From: Octopus bimaculoides
Lineage: Eukaryota
Assembly: GCF_001194135.2 (NCBI RefSeq)
Contig: NC_068984.1
Location: 88,654,757-88,704,044, forward strand
Length of the DNA: 49,288 nucleotides
Direction of reading: 5' to 3'
Every line of letters starts with the position of its first letter. Within the stretch, counting starts at the first letter, position 1. A program made the position numbers and the translations under genes. The notes under the pieces were generated by a model, which was not told where the DNA came from, ran no database searches, and worked only from the letters and a program-made list of their open reading frames with translations. Positions 1-10,262 of the stretch are shown one piece after another.

Positions 1-492
1 ACTTCTGACAAAATTTTTAATTTGTTTCGAAAAGCCTCTACGCCTGGGAAGCAATCAAGCTGCGAGTTTTTAACTTTCCTTATCCACAGTTCTAACTTGT
101 CGGTGAAAGACTTTAATTTGCTTGTAATTGTAATATTTTCGTTCGCTCTTTGCAGACTCAAATTTAAAACGTTCAACTTCTCAAAAAGATCGTTGAGAAA
201 TGCTTCTTCCAGCCACCAATTATCATCGTTAAGAAATTCAAATCCAGAATTTTCAGCATCGAAGAAACATATTTCAGTTCGCAAAGAGATAAATCAAGAG
301 AGCACTTTTCCTTTCGAGAGCCATCGCACTTCTGTATGAAGCAGTAAACACTTAAAATCAGAATCGATAGTCTGCACCGTAGGGAATGCGATTTTATGTA
401 ACTCACCATTTTAACAACGTTGTCCATCGTCTTCAGGAGACCAACAGGTAGAGATTTTGACACCAAAACTTTGCGGTGAATCATGCAATGTA
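1..492 (-). mobile_element. hAT (Buster/Charlie, ZBED5/FAM200-like) transposase remnant, frameshifted, runs off window start
   Basis: Minus-strand translations: VHCMIHRKVLVSKSLP..MDNVVKMVSYIKS, then after a frameshift LLLHTEVRWLSKGKVL and FLNDDNWWLEEAFLNDLFEKLNVLNLSLQ..KLELW. These are hallmark Buster-type hAT motifs. Confidence 0.88.
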
Positions 493-1102
493 CAATTTGA
501 ATTGTTTCCAAAGGAATTTTTGTCTATTCTTCAGCTAAAACAGTCTCCAGTTCTTGTAGTGATGATGATGGAGGATATCGACTCCTTGTTTTTCTAAAAT
601 GCACCATAAATGTTCAATAATATTGAGATCTAGGGACTGTGGTGGCCAGGTAAGATGTTCACCTTCACTAGAATATTCCTCGTGCCATTCAGTAACAACT
701 TTAGCTGTGTGAATTGGCGCATTATCACCCTGAAAGACTGTGTTTCACTCAGGAAACAGTTCCGCAACCATAGGATGAATTTGATCTGCCATGAAGGGAA
801 ACCATTGGGATGGCGGATTTCCAAGATATAGCTCCCCAGATCATCAGAGATCCTCCTCCATGTTTAACAGTTGGAAGAAGGCAGTCTGGATCAAATGCTT
901 CTTTTGGCTGTCTCTACACGTATACTCGGCAGGTGGTCTGAAGTAAGGTAAAGGATGACTCGTCCGAGAAAATAACATTCTTCCTCTGCTCTAGGGACCA
1001 ATTCGGTAGGTTTTTGCTCCACTCTAAACGCTTTGCAATGCTTGTTTTTGAAAGTAGTGGTTTTCTGATTGCAGCCCTCCCGCGAGATCCGGCTTTATGG
1101 AG
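489..1102 (-). mobile_element. Tc1-family transposase remnant (DD36E spacing), with stops and a frameshift
   Basis: Minus strand: RAAIRKPLLSK..KRLEW..VIFSDESSF, PTVKHGGGSLMIWGAI, FQGDNAPIHTAK, WPPQSLDLNIIEHLW, LQELETVLAEE*TKIPLETIQ. I counted 36 residues between the second D and the E. Confidence 0.92.
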
Positions 1103-1266
1103 TGAATTTATAAGCCCTAAAATTCACTCCATAATTGCCCACGGGCATATGGCGCAGTGGTTAAGAGCGCGGGCTACTAACCCCAAGACCTGATTAATAA
1201 TAATAATAATAATATAATAATAGTAACATCGTTAGGAATGAGAACCCAGGTTCAAAATTTCCCCAA

Positions 1267-1312
1267 GACACCTGACGAAGGCTGGAGGGTATATCAGCCG
1301 AAACGTTGTGTT
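1267..1312 (+). ncRNA. Minimal type I hammerhead ribozyme motif (copy 1)
   Basis: GACAC-CTGACGA-A-GGCTG(GAGGGTATAT)CAGCC-GAAA-CG-TT-GTGTT. Stem I GACAC/GTGTT, 5-bp stem II, palindromic AACGTT in place of stem III, GUU triplet. Confidence 0.7.
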
Positions 1313-1480
1313 AACAACAAACACGATGAGGACAAATATCTGTCAAATGTAAATAATGTAAATAATTCCTCATCTCTTAAATATAGAACTGTATTATCTA
1401 ATCGGTACGGAGCCGACATTAGACTTCATCGGAGACATATAGAGAAACTCCATCAAAAGAAAAAAAGGCCCACGGGCATA

Positions 1481-1534
1481 TGGCGTAGTGGTTAAGAGCG
1501 CGGGCTACTAACCCCAAGATTCCGAGTTCGATTC
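1481..1534 (+). promoter_or_regulatory. Pol III type-2 internal promoter (A and B boxes) in tRNA-derived head
   Basis: A box TGGCGTAGTGG at 1481-1491 and B box GAGTTCGATTC at 1524-1534. An anticodon-arm-like GGG-CTACTAA-CCC lies between them. Confidence 0.75.
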
Positions 1535-1619
1535 ACGGCAGCGACCTGATTAATAATAATAATAATATAATAATAGTAACATCGTTAGGAATGAGAACCC
1601 AGGTTCAAAATTTCCCCAA

Positions 1620-1665
1620 GACACCTGACGAAGGCTGGAGGGTATATCAGCCGAAACGTTGTGTT
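1620..1665 (+). ncRNA. Minimal type I hammerhead ribozyme motif (copy 2)
   Basis: Identical to 1267-1312 and 353 nt downstream. Predicted cleavage after 1660. Confidence 0.7.
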
Positions 1666-1734
1666 AACAACAAACAAGATGAGGACAAATATCTGTCAAA
1701 TGTAAATAATGTATATACTGTTTAATTTACTGTT

Positions 1735-2110
1735 TAACTTGTTTCAGTCATTTGACTGTGGCCATAATGGAGCACCTCCTTTACTCGAGCAAATTGACTC
1801 CAGGATTTATTCTTTGCAAGCGTAGTACTTATTCTATCGGTCTCTTTTGAAGAACTGCTAAGTTACGGGGACCTAAACACACCAGCATCGGTTGTCAAGC
1901 GATGTTGGGGAGACAAACACACTCACACACACATATATATATACATATGCATATATACGATGAGCTTCTTTCAGCTTCTGTCTACCAAATCCACTCACAA
2001 AGCTTTAGTCGAAGTAGAAGTCACTTGCCCAAGGTGCCACGCAGTGAGACTGAACCTGGAACCATGTGGTTGGGAAGCAAGCTTCTTACCACACAGCCAC
2101 GCCTGCGCCT
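1735..2110 (-). mobile_element. tRNA-derived SINE family 1 (internal microsatellite), near full length
   Basis: Reverse complement of head GCGCAGGCGTGGCTGTGTGGTAAGAAGCTTGC and tail GACTGAAACAAG. Same family recurs at least 8 times in the window. Confidence 0.85.
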
Positions 2111-2133
2111 AAATATATATGTGTATGTGTGTG

Positions 2134-2140
<7 letters not shown>

Positions 2141-2206
<66 letters not shown>
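2141..2206. repeat. (CA)n microsatellite
   Basis: Direct reading. Confidence 0.98.
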
Positions 2207-2225
<19 letters not shown>

Positions 2226-4514
2226 GACATATACGTATATATATATAGATATGTATGTATATATAAAGACCAAGGTGTATGTACGCCGCTATATTTTATA
2301 TATAAAAAATACAAAAATGGGACAAGAACTCAAAACATCCAAACAGTTAGGTGACACAAAAAAGGGGCAACAGAACATCCAGACAGACGATATAAAGAAA
2401 ACAGTTTTCTTTCCTCAGTCGAGTTCCAGATTATTTTTGCAATTTCGGCTGGTTATACTCGAGATTGCTCCAATCTGGTCAGCCCCAAGGAAAAACTAAG
2501 CTACACACATATATATATACATACATACACACATATATATGTGTGTGTGTGTGTGTGTGTATACATGCACGTACGCACACGCACATACGCACATACGCAC
2601 ATATCGTGTTTACTCAATGCAAAGCAATTTCGAATATAATGCAAACCCCAAGATTTTTCCCTATCCCTAAAAATGAGTATTAATGAGTAATATATAAAGT
2701 AGCTTCGGTTTCTTTATTTCAAAACTCTCGTATAATGCGAACCACCTAGTTTTGACCCTGGTGCTTTGTATTAATTTTTCGCGGTATATGCGATACATAC
2801 ATAGAAATTTAATTTTTTCATTACGTCACAAATTACAAATATATGATACTTAAATTTGATAATTACTTTGAATTAAAAAAAAATATTATTGCTAAAATTG
2901 CGAGGTATTTAATCCTATAATTACTATAACAGCTAATTTCAAATTCTATTTTTAATATTAATTTCGGTGATTCGAGTGCACTTAGCAAATTGTTTTACAT
3001 AGAACTTGAGCCTGTGTGTTCTTGATGTTTTGAATCTTTCTGTATATCTCCATTTTAGTATTAGGGTGTAAATAAACAGTAAAATTTTCTCACCACTTTG
3101 TTTTTTTTTTATGAATTATCATGCGTGCGTTGTGTGTGTGCATTATTATCGATCCTTTTCAACCGATTTTACTTGTCGGTTTCGTACACGAGTTAGGTGA
3201 TAACCTCAGACGGCGCTCGTCAGACGAGTTAGTATGAAAAATATGGACATGTAATATACGCTCTCTATTAAAAAAATATACGCGTTCCTGTCTTTTCTGA
3301 CTTATGAATTCTTACACAACTACGTGTACATATATGTTATTTGTTCATGTTTTTTTTTTATGTCCTGTACCCATATATGCATGTACATATACATATATAT
3401 GTAGGTATGTACATATATGTATGTATATATGCATATATTTATATATTATTATATGATCGAACGCCATGCAAACATTTCCAAGTAAGTTTTATCTTAATAA
3501 TTCCGATGCGCACTCTTATTCTTTTTATCTGTCTCCCTCTCTTGTTCTTCTACCTTTCTGTTTTTCTCTCCCACCCTCTCCCTATTCTTCTCCTCTCCCC
3601 TTCACCGTTCTCCCTCTCATTCTCTCTCTCACTCTTCCTCTTTGACTCTCTCGTTGCTCACACGTGACCAACGGATATCTTTCTTTCTTCCCTTCCTTCC
3701 TAAAGACAAGACGTGCTTTTACCTATCTCTTCTCAAAACTCGTTTTTCCAGCGTTCACCACTTCACATCGTCTTGGCTTAACAGCCCTCACCGTTTGTTT
3801 TTACTGTTTTGTTCTCACTGTCCTGTTTTTGTTACCACTTTAACACTCCGCAAAAAATCCCAAATTTTATTTAATTTGCTTTGCGGAAAGGACTGTTTTA
3901 ACGAAATCGCGTCTTGTCTCTACCTTTGAAACTTGAGTAGATAAAACAGGGGACAACTGATAAAGGGAATGCTCTTTATGTTGCCTATTTGGTTTCTCTA
4001 TTTGTTTCTTTCGTTGTTCGAAAAAATGTTTTTGTTTTTTATGTTCTCGTTTCTCATTTTGCCTACGTTTTTTTATGTCCTGTACCCATATATGCATGTA
4101 TATATACAAATTTTGAAAGAAGTACGTACATAAATACCAAATGGCTATGGTGGTCCACCAGAATAAAATAATAAACCAAAAATGCAGTCCATAGATAAAA
4201 ATGGTTGAGAACTACTGAGATATAGTGATTACAGCTGGGTATAGCAGAGGAAACACAAAAGAATGATTAATAAGAGAAAGAGAGATAGTAGCATTAGGTG
4301 GAGATTTTGTGGAAATGGCATGCAACTAGTTAGCTTTGAATAGGGTAGCATGAGAGGACAGTGCTTCTATGGGCTAAAGCAGTCAAGCAGCCCTTGGGAC
4401 CTTCTGAATGGCATGCCTAATGAAACATTATCTTGAACTTTTTAGTTGTTTGACTTACTACATTTTGTGCCACCTATATCTAGAAAAAGGTTGCCCATGC
4501 CTGAGCTGCTAGGG

Positions 4515-5068
4515 CAATGGTTCTCAACTGGAGTCCACATGACCCTTGGAGGTCCACATAAGATTTTGTTGTTAAAATTCATGAGCAATAAATTGGTTAT
4601 ACTTCTACAGTGCATAATTGTTTTTGTACAATTCCTAATAATGCTTAATCATAAAAATATATTCTTTTATTCTTTTTCTTGTTTCAGTCATTTGACAGTG
4701 GCCATGCTGGAGCACTGTCTTAAAGGGCTTTTAGTTGAAGAAATTGACTCCAGGACTAATTCTTTGTAAGCCTAGTATTTATTCTATTAGCCTCTCTTGT
4801 TGAACTACTAAGTGATGGGGATGTAAAGACACCAACGTCGGTTGCCAAGTGATGGTGGGAGGACAAACACAGACACAAGGCTTTGATCAGCCCAAGGTGC
4901 CACACAGTGGGACTGAACCTGGAACCATGTGTTTGAGAAGCAAGCTTCTTACCACATAGCCAGGCCTACACTGATATAATTGGATTTTATAAAATCATCA
5001 AAGCACTACGAAGGTTCAACCAATAGAAATCAAAGGGTTCCATAGTAAAAAATGGTTCAGAACCACTA
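4515..5068. mobile_element. Non-autonomous hAT (Buster-type) MITE with perfect 8-bp TSD
   Basis: TIRs CAATGGTTCTCAAC and GTTCAGAACCACTA. TSD TGCTAGGG at 4507-4514 and 5069-5076, with the central TA typical of Buster. Confidence 0.85.
4670..4967 (-). mobile_element. SINE family 1 copy (internally deleted) nested in the hAT MITE
   Basis: Matches 1735-2110 and lies inside the MITE TIRs. Confidence 0.85.
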
Positions 5069-5710
5069 TGCTAGGGCTTGATTTGTGGATGAGAGAGCCC
5101 TTGTCAGTCATCCAAGCGAGGTTTATTTTGTATGTGGTTTAGGATGTTGCAATCAAAATAACATTCAAAAGCTAAATTCTTTCAACTCTGATTATGAAAG
5201 GGGATTTTTTAATGAAATTGATGAATGTTTCCTTAGCTAAAGGTGCTGCTGAGTTTAACTCCCTCTTAACATTAAAAGAACCTTTCCTCAAGAGAAAGAG
5301 CATAGGTCCAATGAGGGATTAATCTACATTTGTAAAACACGCTGAAGCAAAATATAACACCGACATCTTATCCAAGCATGTATAAAGGAAGAAAAATAAT
5401 TATAATCAATAATTAGTTTGCACAGCCTAAAGAGAATGCAGTTATACCTTAATAGAAGAAATATACTTTAATGCAGTAATTCTTCAATGGTATGCCACTT
5501 TGAAATAGTGTGCTGCAAGAGGTATCTCTGTGTGGTGTTATCTTTTGAAAATATAATTTTATAATATCTACAATAATACTTTGATTGAAAGAACTGTTGT
5601 TCATAACATTATTATAAACAATATGATTAATAAAACAAGTTAAGCTATAGTTTTCCTTATTTTTTCTAAATTTAAAAAAAAAAAGTTAATTTTAAAACTT
5701 TATATACCAT

Positions 5711-6117
5711 AGGTGCAGGCATGGCTGTGTGGTAAGAAGTTTGCTTCACAACCACATGATATGGGTTTTGTCTCACAGCATGGTCTTCAGGCAAGTATCT
5801 TCTACTACAGCCTTGGGCCGACCAAAGCCTTGTGAGTGGATTTGGTTGATGAAAACTTAAAAAAGCCTGTTGTGTGTATATATATATATATTAATGTATG
5901 TGTGTGTGTCTGTGTTTGTCCCTCCTGCCACTGCTTGACAACAGGTGTTGGTGTGTTTACATTCACATAATTTAGCAGTTTGGCAAAAGAGACCAATAAA
6001 ATAAGTACCAGGCTTAAAAAATAAATATTGGGGTTAATTCATTTGACTAAAATTTTTCAAGGCAGTGTCCCAGTATGGTCACAGTCTAATGACTGAAACA
6101 AATAAAAGACAAAAGAT
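5711..6117 (+). mobile_element. SINE family 1, full length
   Basis: Head GGTGCAGGCATGGCTGTGTGGTAAG, internal (TA)/(TG) tract, tail GACTGAAACAAATAAAAG. Confidence 0.88.
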
Positions 6118-6470
6118 ACCATGAGCACTAGTAATATTTTTGTTTGATCTCCATGTACTGCACCACTAGGTCAAAAAGACCCAGAACCATTGCCTTAATG
6201 AAACTAATGTCGTTATTTAACCATAATTTTCTACCAATTTCAAAAAAATTTCCAACTTCTTCCTAATGCAAGCCTGGGGCAATCTCTTATCTCTTACACT
6301 GTTTCCATTATTACGTGTCAAAAGTGAAACAATAACATCTCTATTAATACTTTCACTTTTATATGATTTCAATTTCAGTTATTTTCATTATGTATCTATA
6401 TATATTAGTTTTATTTCTGTTACTTTCAATATGCATTTATATACATGTTTGTATATATATATATATATAT

Positions 6471-6570
6471 NNNNNNNNNNNNNNNNNNNNNNNNNNNNNN
6501 NNNNNNNNNNNNNNNNNNNNNNNNNNNNNNNNNNNNNNNNNNNNNNNNNNNNNNNNNNNNNNNNNNNNNN
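6471..6570. other. Assembly gap. Other gaps: 11711-12027, 19542-19595, 22005-22139, 26659-27401, 40206-40324, 45243-45586
   Basis: N runs, most flanked by microsatellites. Confidence 1.
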
Positions 6571-6680
6571 TCATCATCATCATCATCATAGTCGTTTAAC
6601 GTCCACTTTCCATCCTGGCATAGGTTGGACAATTTGACTGGGGGCTGACAAGCTAGAAGGCTGCACCAGGCAGAGTTTTG
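6571..6680 (-). mobile_element. 3' end of a retroposon with (GAT)n tail (RTE-type tail)
   Basis: (CAT)n followed by GTTTAACGTCCACTTTCCATCCTGGCATAGGTTGGAC. A similar end occurs at about 37415. Confidence 0.55.
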
Positions 6681-6900
6681 TTCTTACCTATTTCGGACCA
6701 ACAATTCGTCCTCGTTGTATTTGTCTTATAGCTCCTCAGCAAGTCGTAATTTTCTACAGAATTCCACGATGTCTTCTTTCATTTCATTGTAGTTGGGGCG
6801 TTGTGGGGTGGGTGTAAACTTGACCCTTTTGGAGAGTATATTGATTTGGTCTGCTGTTAGTTCTTTGTGAGTTAGATTGATAATTTTTATCACTTTTGGT
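6680..6900 (-). mobile_element. Penelope-like element ORF N-terminal fragment
   Basis: KIINLTHKELTADQINILSKRVKFTPTP..NYNEMKEDIVEFCRKLRLAE resembles the conserved PLE block INLS..LT..E..LL.KGLKF.PTP...D...F.RKLRL.E. Confidence 0.75.
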
Positions 6901-7335
6901 TCCTCCTGTCTGTTTGGTGCTATCTTGTGTCTCTGTGTTTGCGTATTGGGTCTAGAAAATGATTGTGGTGGTTGGGACGGTAAAAATGACACACTCAAAA
7001 GATTCCCAAAAATTCATTAAAAAACAGTCCCAATCACTGCTGTAATCCATAACGAGCCACTTTTAGGTCACTTGACAATTTAATATCCTACTACTATCAT
7101 ACCACTTACATTCCTTTCTTATTCTCCCATATCTTTCTCCTTCTTCTTCTTCCTCTCTGCCACCTCCTTCCTAACATTACCACTATTGCTGTTCAGAATA
7201 ACACCTACGCGAATTTTATAAACAATACATTCAAAAGAGATGTCTCAAGAATTCAATCACTACTACCACCCACAACAAGCCACTTTTAGGGCACTTGACC
7301 ATTTAACATCCTGCTACTATCATGGCACTCCCGCA

Positions 7336-7389
7336 TTCTTCTTCTTCTTCTTCTTCTTCTTCTTCTTCTTCTTCTTCTTCTTCTTCTTC
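7336..7389. repeat. (TTC)n microsatellite
   Basis: Direct reading. Confidence 0.97.
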
Positions 7390-7680
7390 CCTGCCAAGAA
7401 CTTACAAGGACCTGAACCCACTAGAGTAAACAAGAGACAGAGACAGGCAGAAACAAGGAAGATGCTTCTTGTATTTGAATACTATGCAAATATTCTTTTA
7501 GAAAACTTTTCTTTTAATTTGTCCAAAATTTAATTGTTTTCCATACTTACAGTTGAAAAAGACTCAATGACTGAAACCGGTACTGAAATGCTTTTTATAA
7601 AATTATTTAGCATTTTCTACTATAACTCTTTTTTGCATGTATATCAACTTGTGTGTTCCTTTTCAAACATACATATATAT

Positions 7681-7722
<42 letters not shown>

Positions 7723-7797
7723 ATTTATGTATATACACGTATGTATATATACATATATATATATGTATGTATGTATATATATACATATATATGTATG

Positions 7798-7828
<31 letters not shown>

Positions 7829-7839
7829 ATATTTGTGTG

Positions 7840-8050
7840 TGTATGTGTGTGTGTCTGTGTTTGTACTGCCACCATTGCTTGACAACTGATGTTACTGTGT
7901 TTATGTTCCCATAAATTAGCAGTTCAGCAAAAGACACTGATAGAATAAGTGCTGAGCTTACAAAGAATAAATCCTGTGGTCAATTTTTTCGACCAAAGGT
8001 GGTGCTCCAGCATGGTCGCAGTTGCATGACTGAAACAAGTAAAACAATAA
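7840..8050 (+). mobile_element. SINE family 1, 3' half
   Basis: GCTTGACAACTGATG..GCAAAAGACACTGATAGAATAAG..GACTGAAACAAGTAAAA. Confidence 0.8.
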
Positions 8051-8098
8051 AAAAAACTATGCCATTTTAATCCTGAGCAAGACCAGGTATCTCTGCTA

Positions 8099-8139
<41 letters not shown>

Positions 8140-8142
<3 letters not shown>

Positions 8143-8278
8143 AGCTTTTTTTAGTTTCTGTTTACTAAATCCGCTCACAAGGCCTTGGTTGGCCTGAATT
8201 TATAGTAGAAGAATGCTACACAGTGGGACTGAACCCATGTGGTTGGGAAGCAAACTTCTTAACACACAGCCATGCCTG
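8140..8278 (-). mobile_element. SINE family 1, 5' half
   Basis: Reverse complement of GGCATGGCTGTGTGTTAAGAAGTTTGCTTCCCAACCAC. Confidence 0.8.

Positions 8279-8348
<70 letters not shown>
8279..8348. repeat. (TATC)n microsatellite
   Basis: Direct reading. Confidence 0.97.
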
Positions 8349-8353
<5 letters not shown>

Positions 8354-8844
8354 GTCTGTCTGTCTCTCTCTGTCTCTCTCTCTACACACAAACACACATG
8401 CATGCACATTGCAGAGGTGTGTGGTTTAGTGGTCAGGGTGTTACACTCATGATTGTAAGATTGTAGTTTTGATTCCTGAACCAGGTGATGCATTGTGTTC
8501 TTGAGCAAATCTCTTCATTTCAAGTCCTCTCGAATGGCAAAAATGAGTATTTGTGTGACAAACCAGTGTTCAGTCCAGTGGGGATATACATACACCACAG
8601 GATCTGGGAAACTGACCGTTTGAACTATGGCTCATGAAGGACATTTATTAATATACAGTGTTCTTCCATTTTTACAATGGTAGAATGAAATTTGGCTGCT
8701 ATTTGTAACAGTTCAAACGACCACATACAAGTTAACTTATTGGGGTTGCTTTAATTCCTGATAATATATAAAGTAAGCAAGGAACACTGGTTTACATGGG
8801 ATTTCAGATTATTTATTTTTTAGCTTTCTCAATGAAGTATGATA

Positions 8845-9062
8845 CAAGGGATTACTGAAAAGTTCCTGACTTTAAGGGTATTGTGAAAAGACTGGTTGGA
8901 GGCCCAACCTTCCCAGTTCTTTTACAGGACTTAGAAAAACTGAAGGACTACTGCAATAAGTGTGTGAATCTGAGAGGGAAATATGTTGAATAAAATCATA
9001 AATTAACCAATCTTCCTGCATTTTCTTTTATCTAAAGCCAGGAACTTTAAAGTGACCCCTCA
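8845..9062 (+). mobile_element. Internally deleted mariner (MITE) keeping the transposase C-terminal tail
   Basis: TA-flanked TIRs CAAGGGATTACTGAAAAGTTCCTGACTTTA and TAAAGCCAGGAACTTTAAAGTGACCCCTCA. Encodes NKCVNLRGKYVE*. Confidence 0.8.
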
Positions 9063-10255
9063 TAGTTGTTCAGTCTGAGATTGTACTAACTGATTAAAGT
9101 TAGAGGGGTGCCACGTACTTCCTGAAAATTAGAGATGATTATTAGAAAAATTGTTAAAATACTGGAGAGTGTATGGTTGTTATAGTATTGTAATATAATC
9201 CTAAGTAAGCTTTGATTGGGCAGACCTAAAAACAAAGGCACTATAGCTGTGACTATCCTATCAGCATTCCATTTTTTACCATCCCATCAATGTTTCAGTT
9301 GTGACTTATCATATATTAAAGACCATATTATCCAATGTTATCTTCTATATTCAAGATGGCAGGAAGTGGTTTAAGGCTTGGAGAATGTGTTTTATATATA
9401 AAGAATGTAATATTATGCCATATTCTTAATATGAACCACAGAACAAGGAGAAAGAAAGAGTTTTGATTTCTATTTGAGTGAAAAAGAATGAAGTGAAAAG
9501 TGTTTCACTCTGAGCATTTACACAATGCTCCCAACTCAAGAAGTTTTGTATCAGAAATCAAATATCTTCATCACTCAGCTGCCTATGAGATGATATTTAA
9601 TCTAATAAAATATATATAGTAATAGTTGTACATGTATTTATAATGACATAGGAAAACAAGACATTGAATAACCTGAACATTAGTTTTATTATATGCTTAG
9701 TGAAACTAAAATATGAAAAAAAAATATAAAAAGTTACATAAAAGAATCAGAGGAGAGCTTTGATATACTCACAGTTGATCAATAAATCTCGTTTTATAAT
9801 TATCCAGCAAAAAAATTGTTATATAAATTCTTTCAAGACTGGTCTATTTTGTTTCAAGGAATCTTCATCAAAGAAGACCTGCTGGTTTTTAATAAATTAC
9901 ACTCAGGCAAATCTCAGTTTCTTCTTCAGAAAGCAATTAAACCATATGTTGAATTGATCAATGGCAAAGAATAGCTCTTGAGTTGTTTACTGTTTTAATG
10001 ATACCCCCCCCCTCATGTTTCTCTACCCACATAGGCTTGCCATAAATTTGGCCTGCACTACCAGATGCCTTTTCGTACGTTTTTCTTGTGAATAATATCC
10101 TCCGGAACAAAGAAATACAACACCAATACATTTATTTCTTATTTAGTAGAGCTATAATAAATGGTTATCAGGTACATGATTACTTAACGAGAGGCAAAAA
10201 TGTATACAGCCTTGAGTTTCTAGGTCTTATTTATATTTTCTTTATTTTTTTCCAG

Positions 10256-10262
10256 ACATCTG
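10256..10262 (+). CDS. Candidate 7-nt micro-exon of an unknown gene
   Basis: Long pyrimidine tract ending TTTTTTTCCAG|ACATCTG|GTAAAA. Splice signals only, no homology. Confidence 0.2.

Larger units (their letters stand above)
1137..1712 (+). mobile_element. Tandem pair of tRNA-headed, hammerhead-containing non-autonomous retroelement units (SINE/PLE hybrid)
   Basis: Two near-identical units start GCCCACGGGCATATGG at 1137 and 1468. Each has a tRNA-like head, (TAA)n and an HHR motif. Copy 1 lacks 25 nt including the B box; copy 2 is 3'-truncated. Confidence 0.8.

Noticed and set aside
1468-1545. SINE heads as genuine tRNA genes (also 27494, 28292, 46746)
   Set aside because: Acceptor stems do not pair, and each head continues directly into a repeated SINE body.
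2395-2500. Minus-strand GGCTG..CAGCC-GAAA resembling the stem II of the 1267 hammerhead
   Set aside because: No CTGANGA core upstream, and no UH triplet after the TTGCAA palindrome.
1902-2683. ORFs rich in TH/HT/YI/CV repeats (also near 7.6-7.9, 30.1, 33.0, 35.2 and 45.2 kb)
   Set aside because: They are translations of (CA)n, (TA)n and (TACA)n microsatellites that lack stop codons.
7550-7585. CAG-TTGAAAA-..-GAAA-CCGG-TA-CTG hammerhead-like string
   Set aside because: Two core positions differ, stem I is only 3 bp and stem II needs a bulge. Too weak to separate from chance.
9760-9960. Minus-strand GTGAGT donor near 9774 and a plus-strand ORF
   Set aside because: All three minus frames hit stops shortly upstream without a good acceptor, and no recognisable protein.
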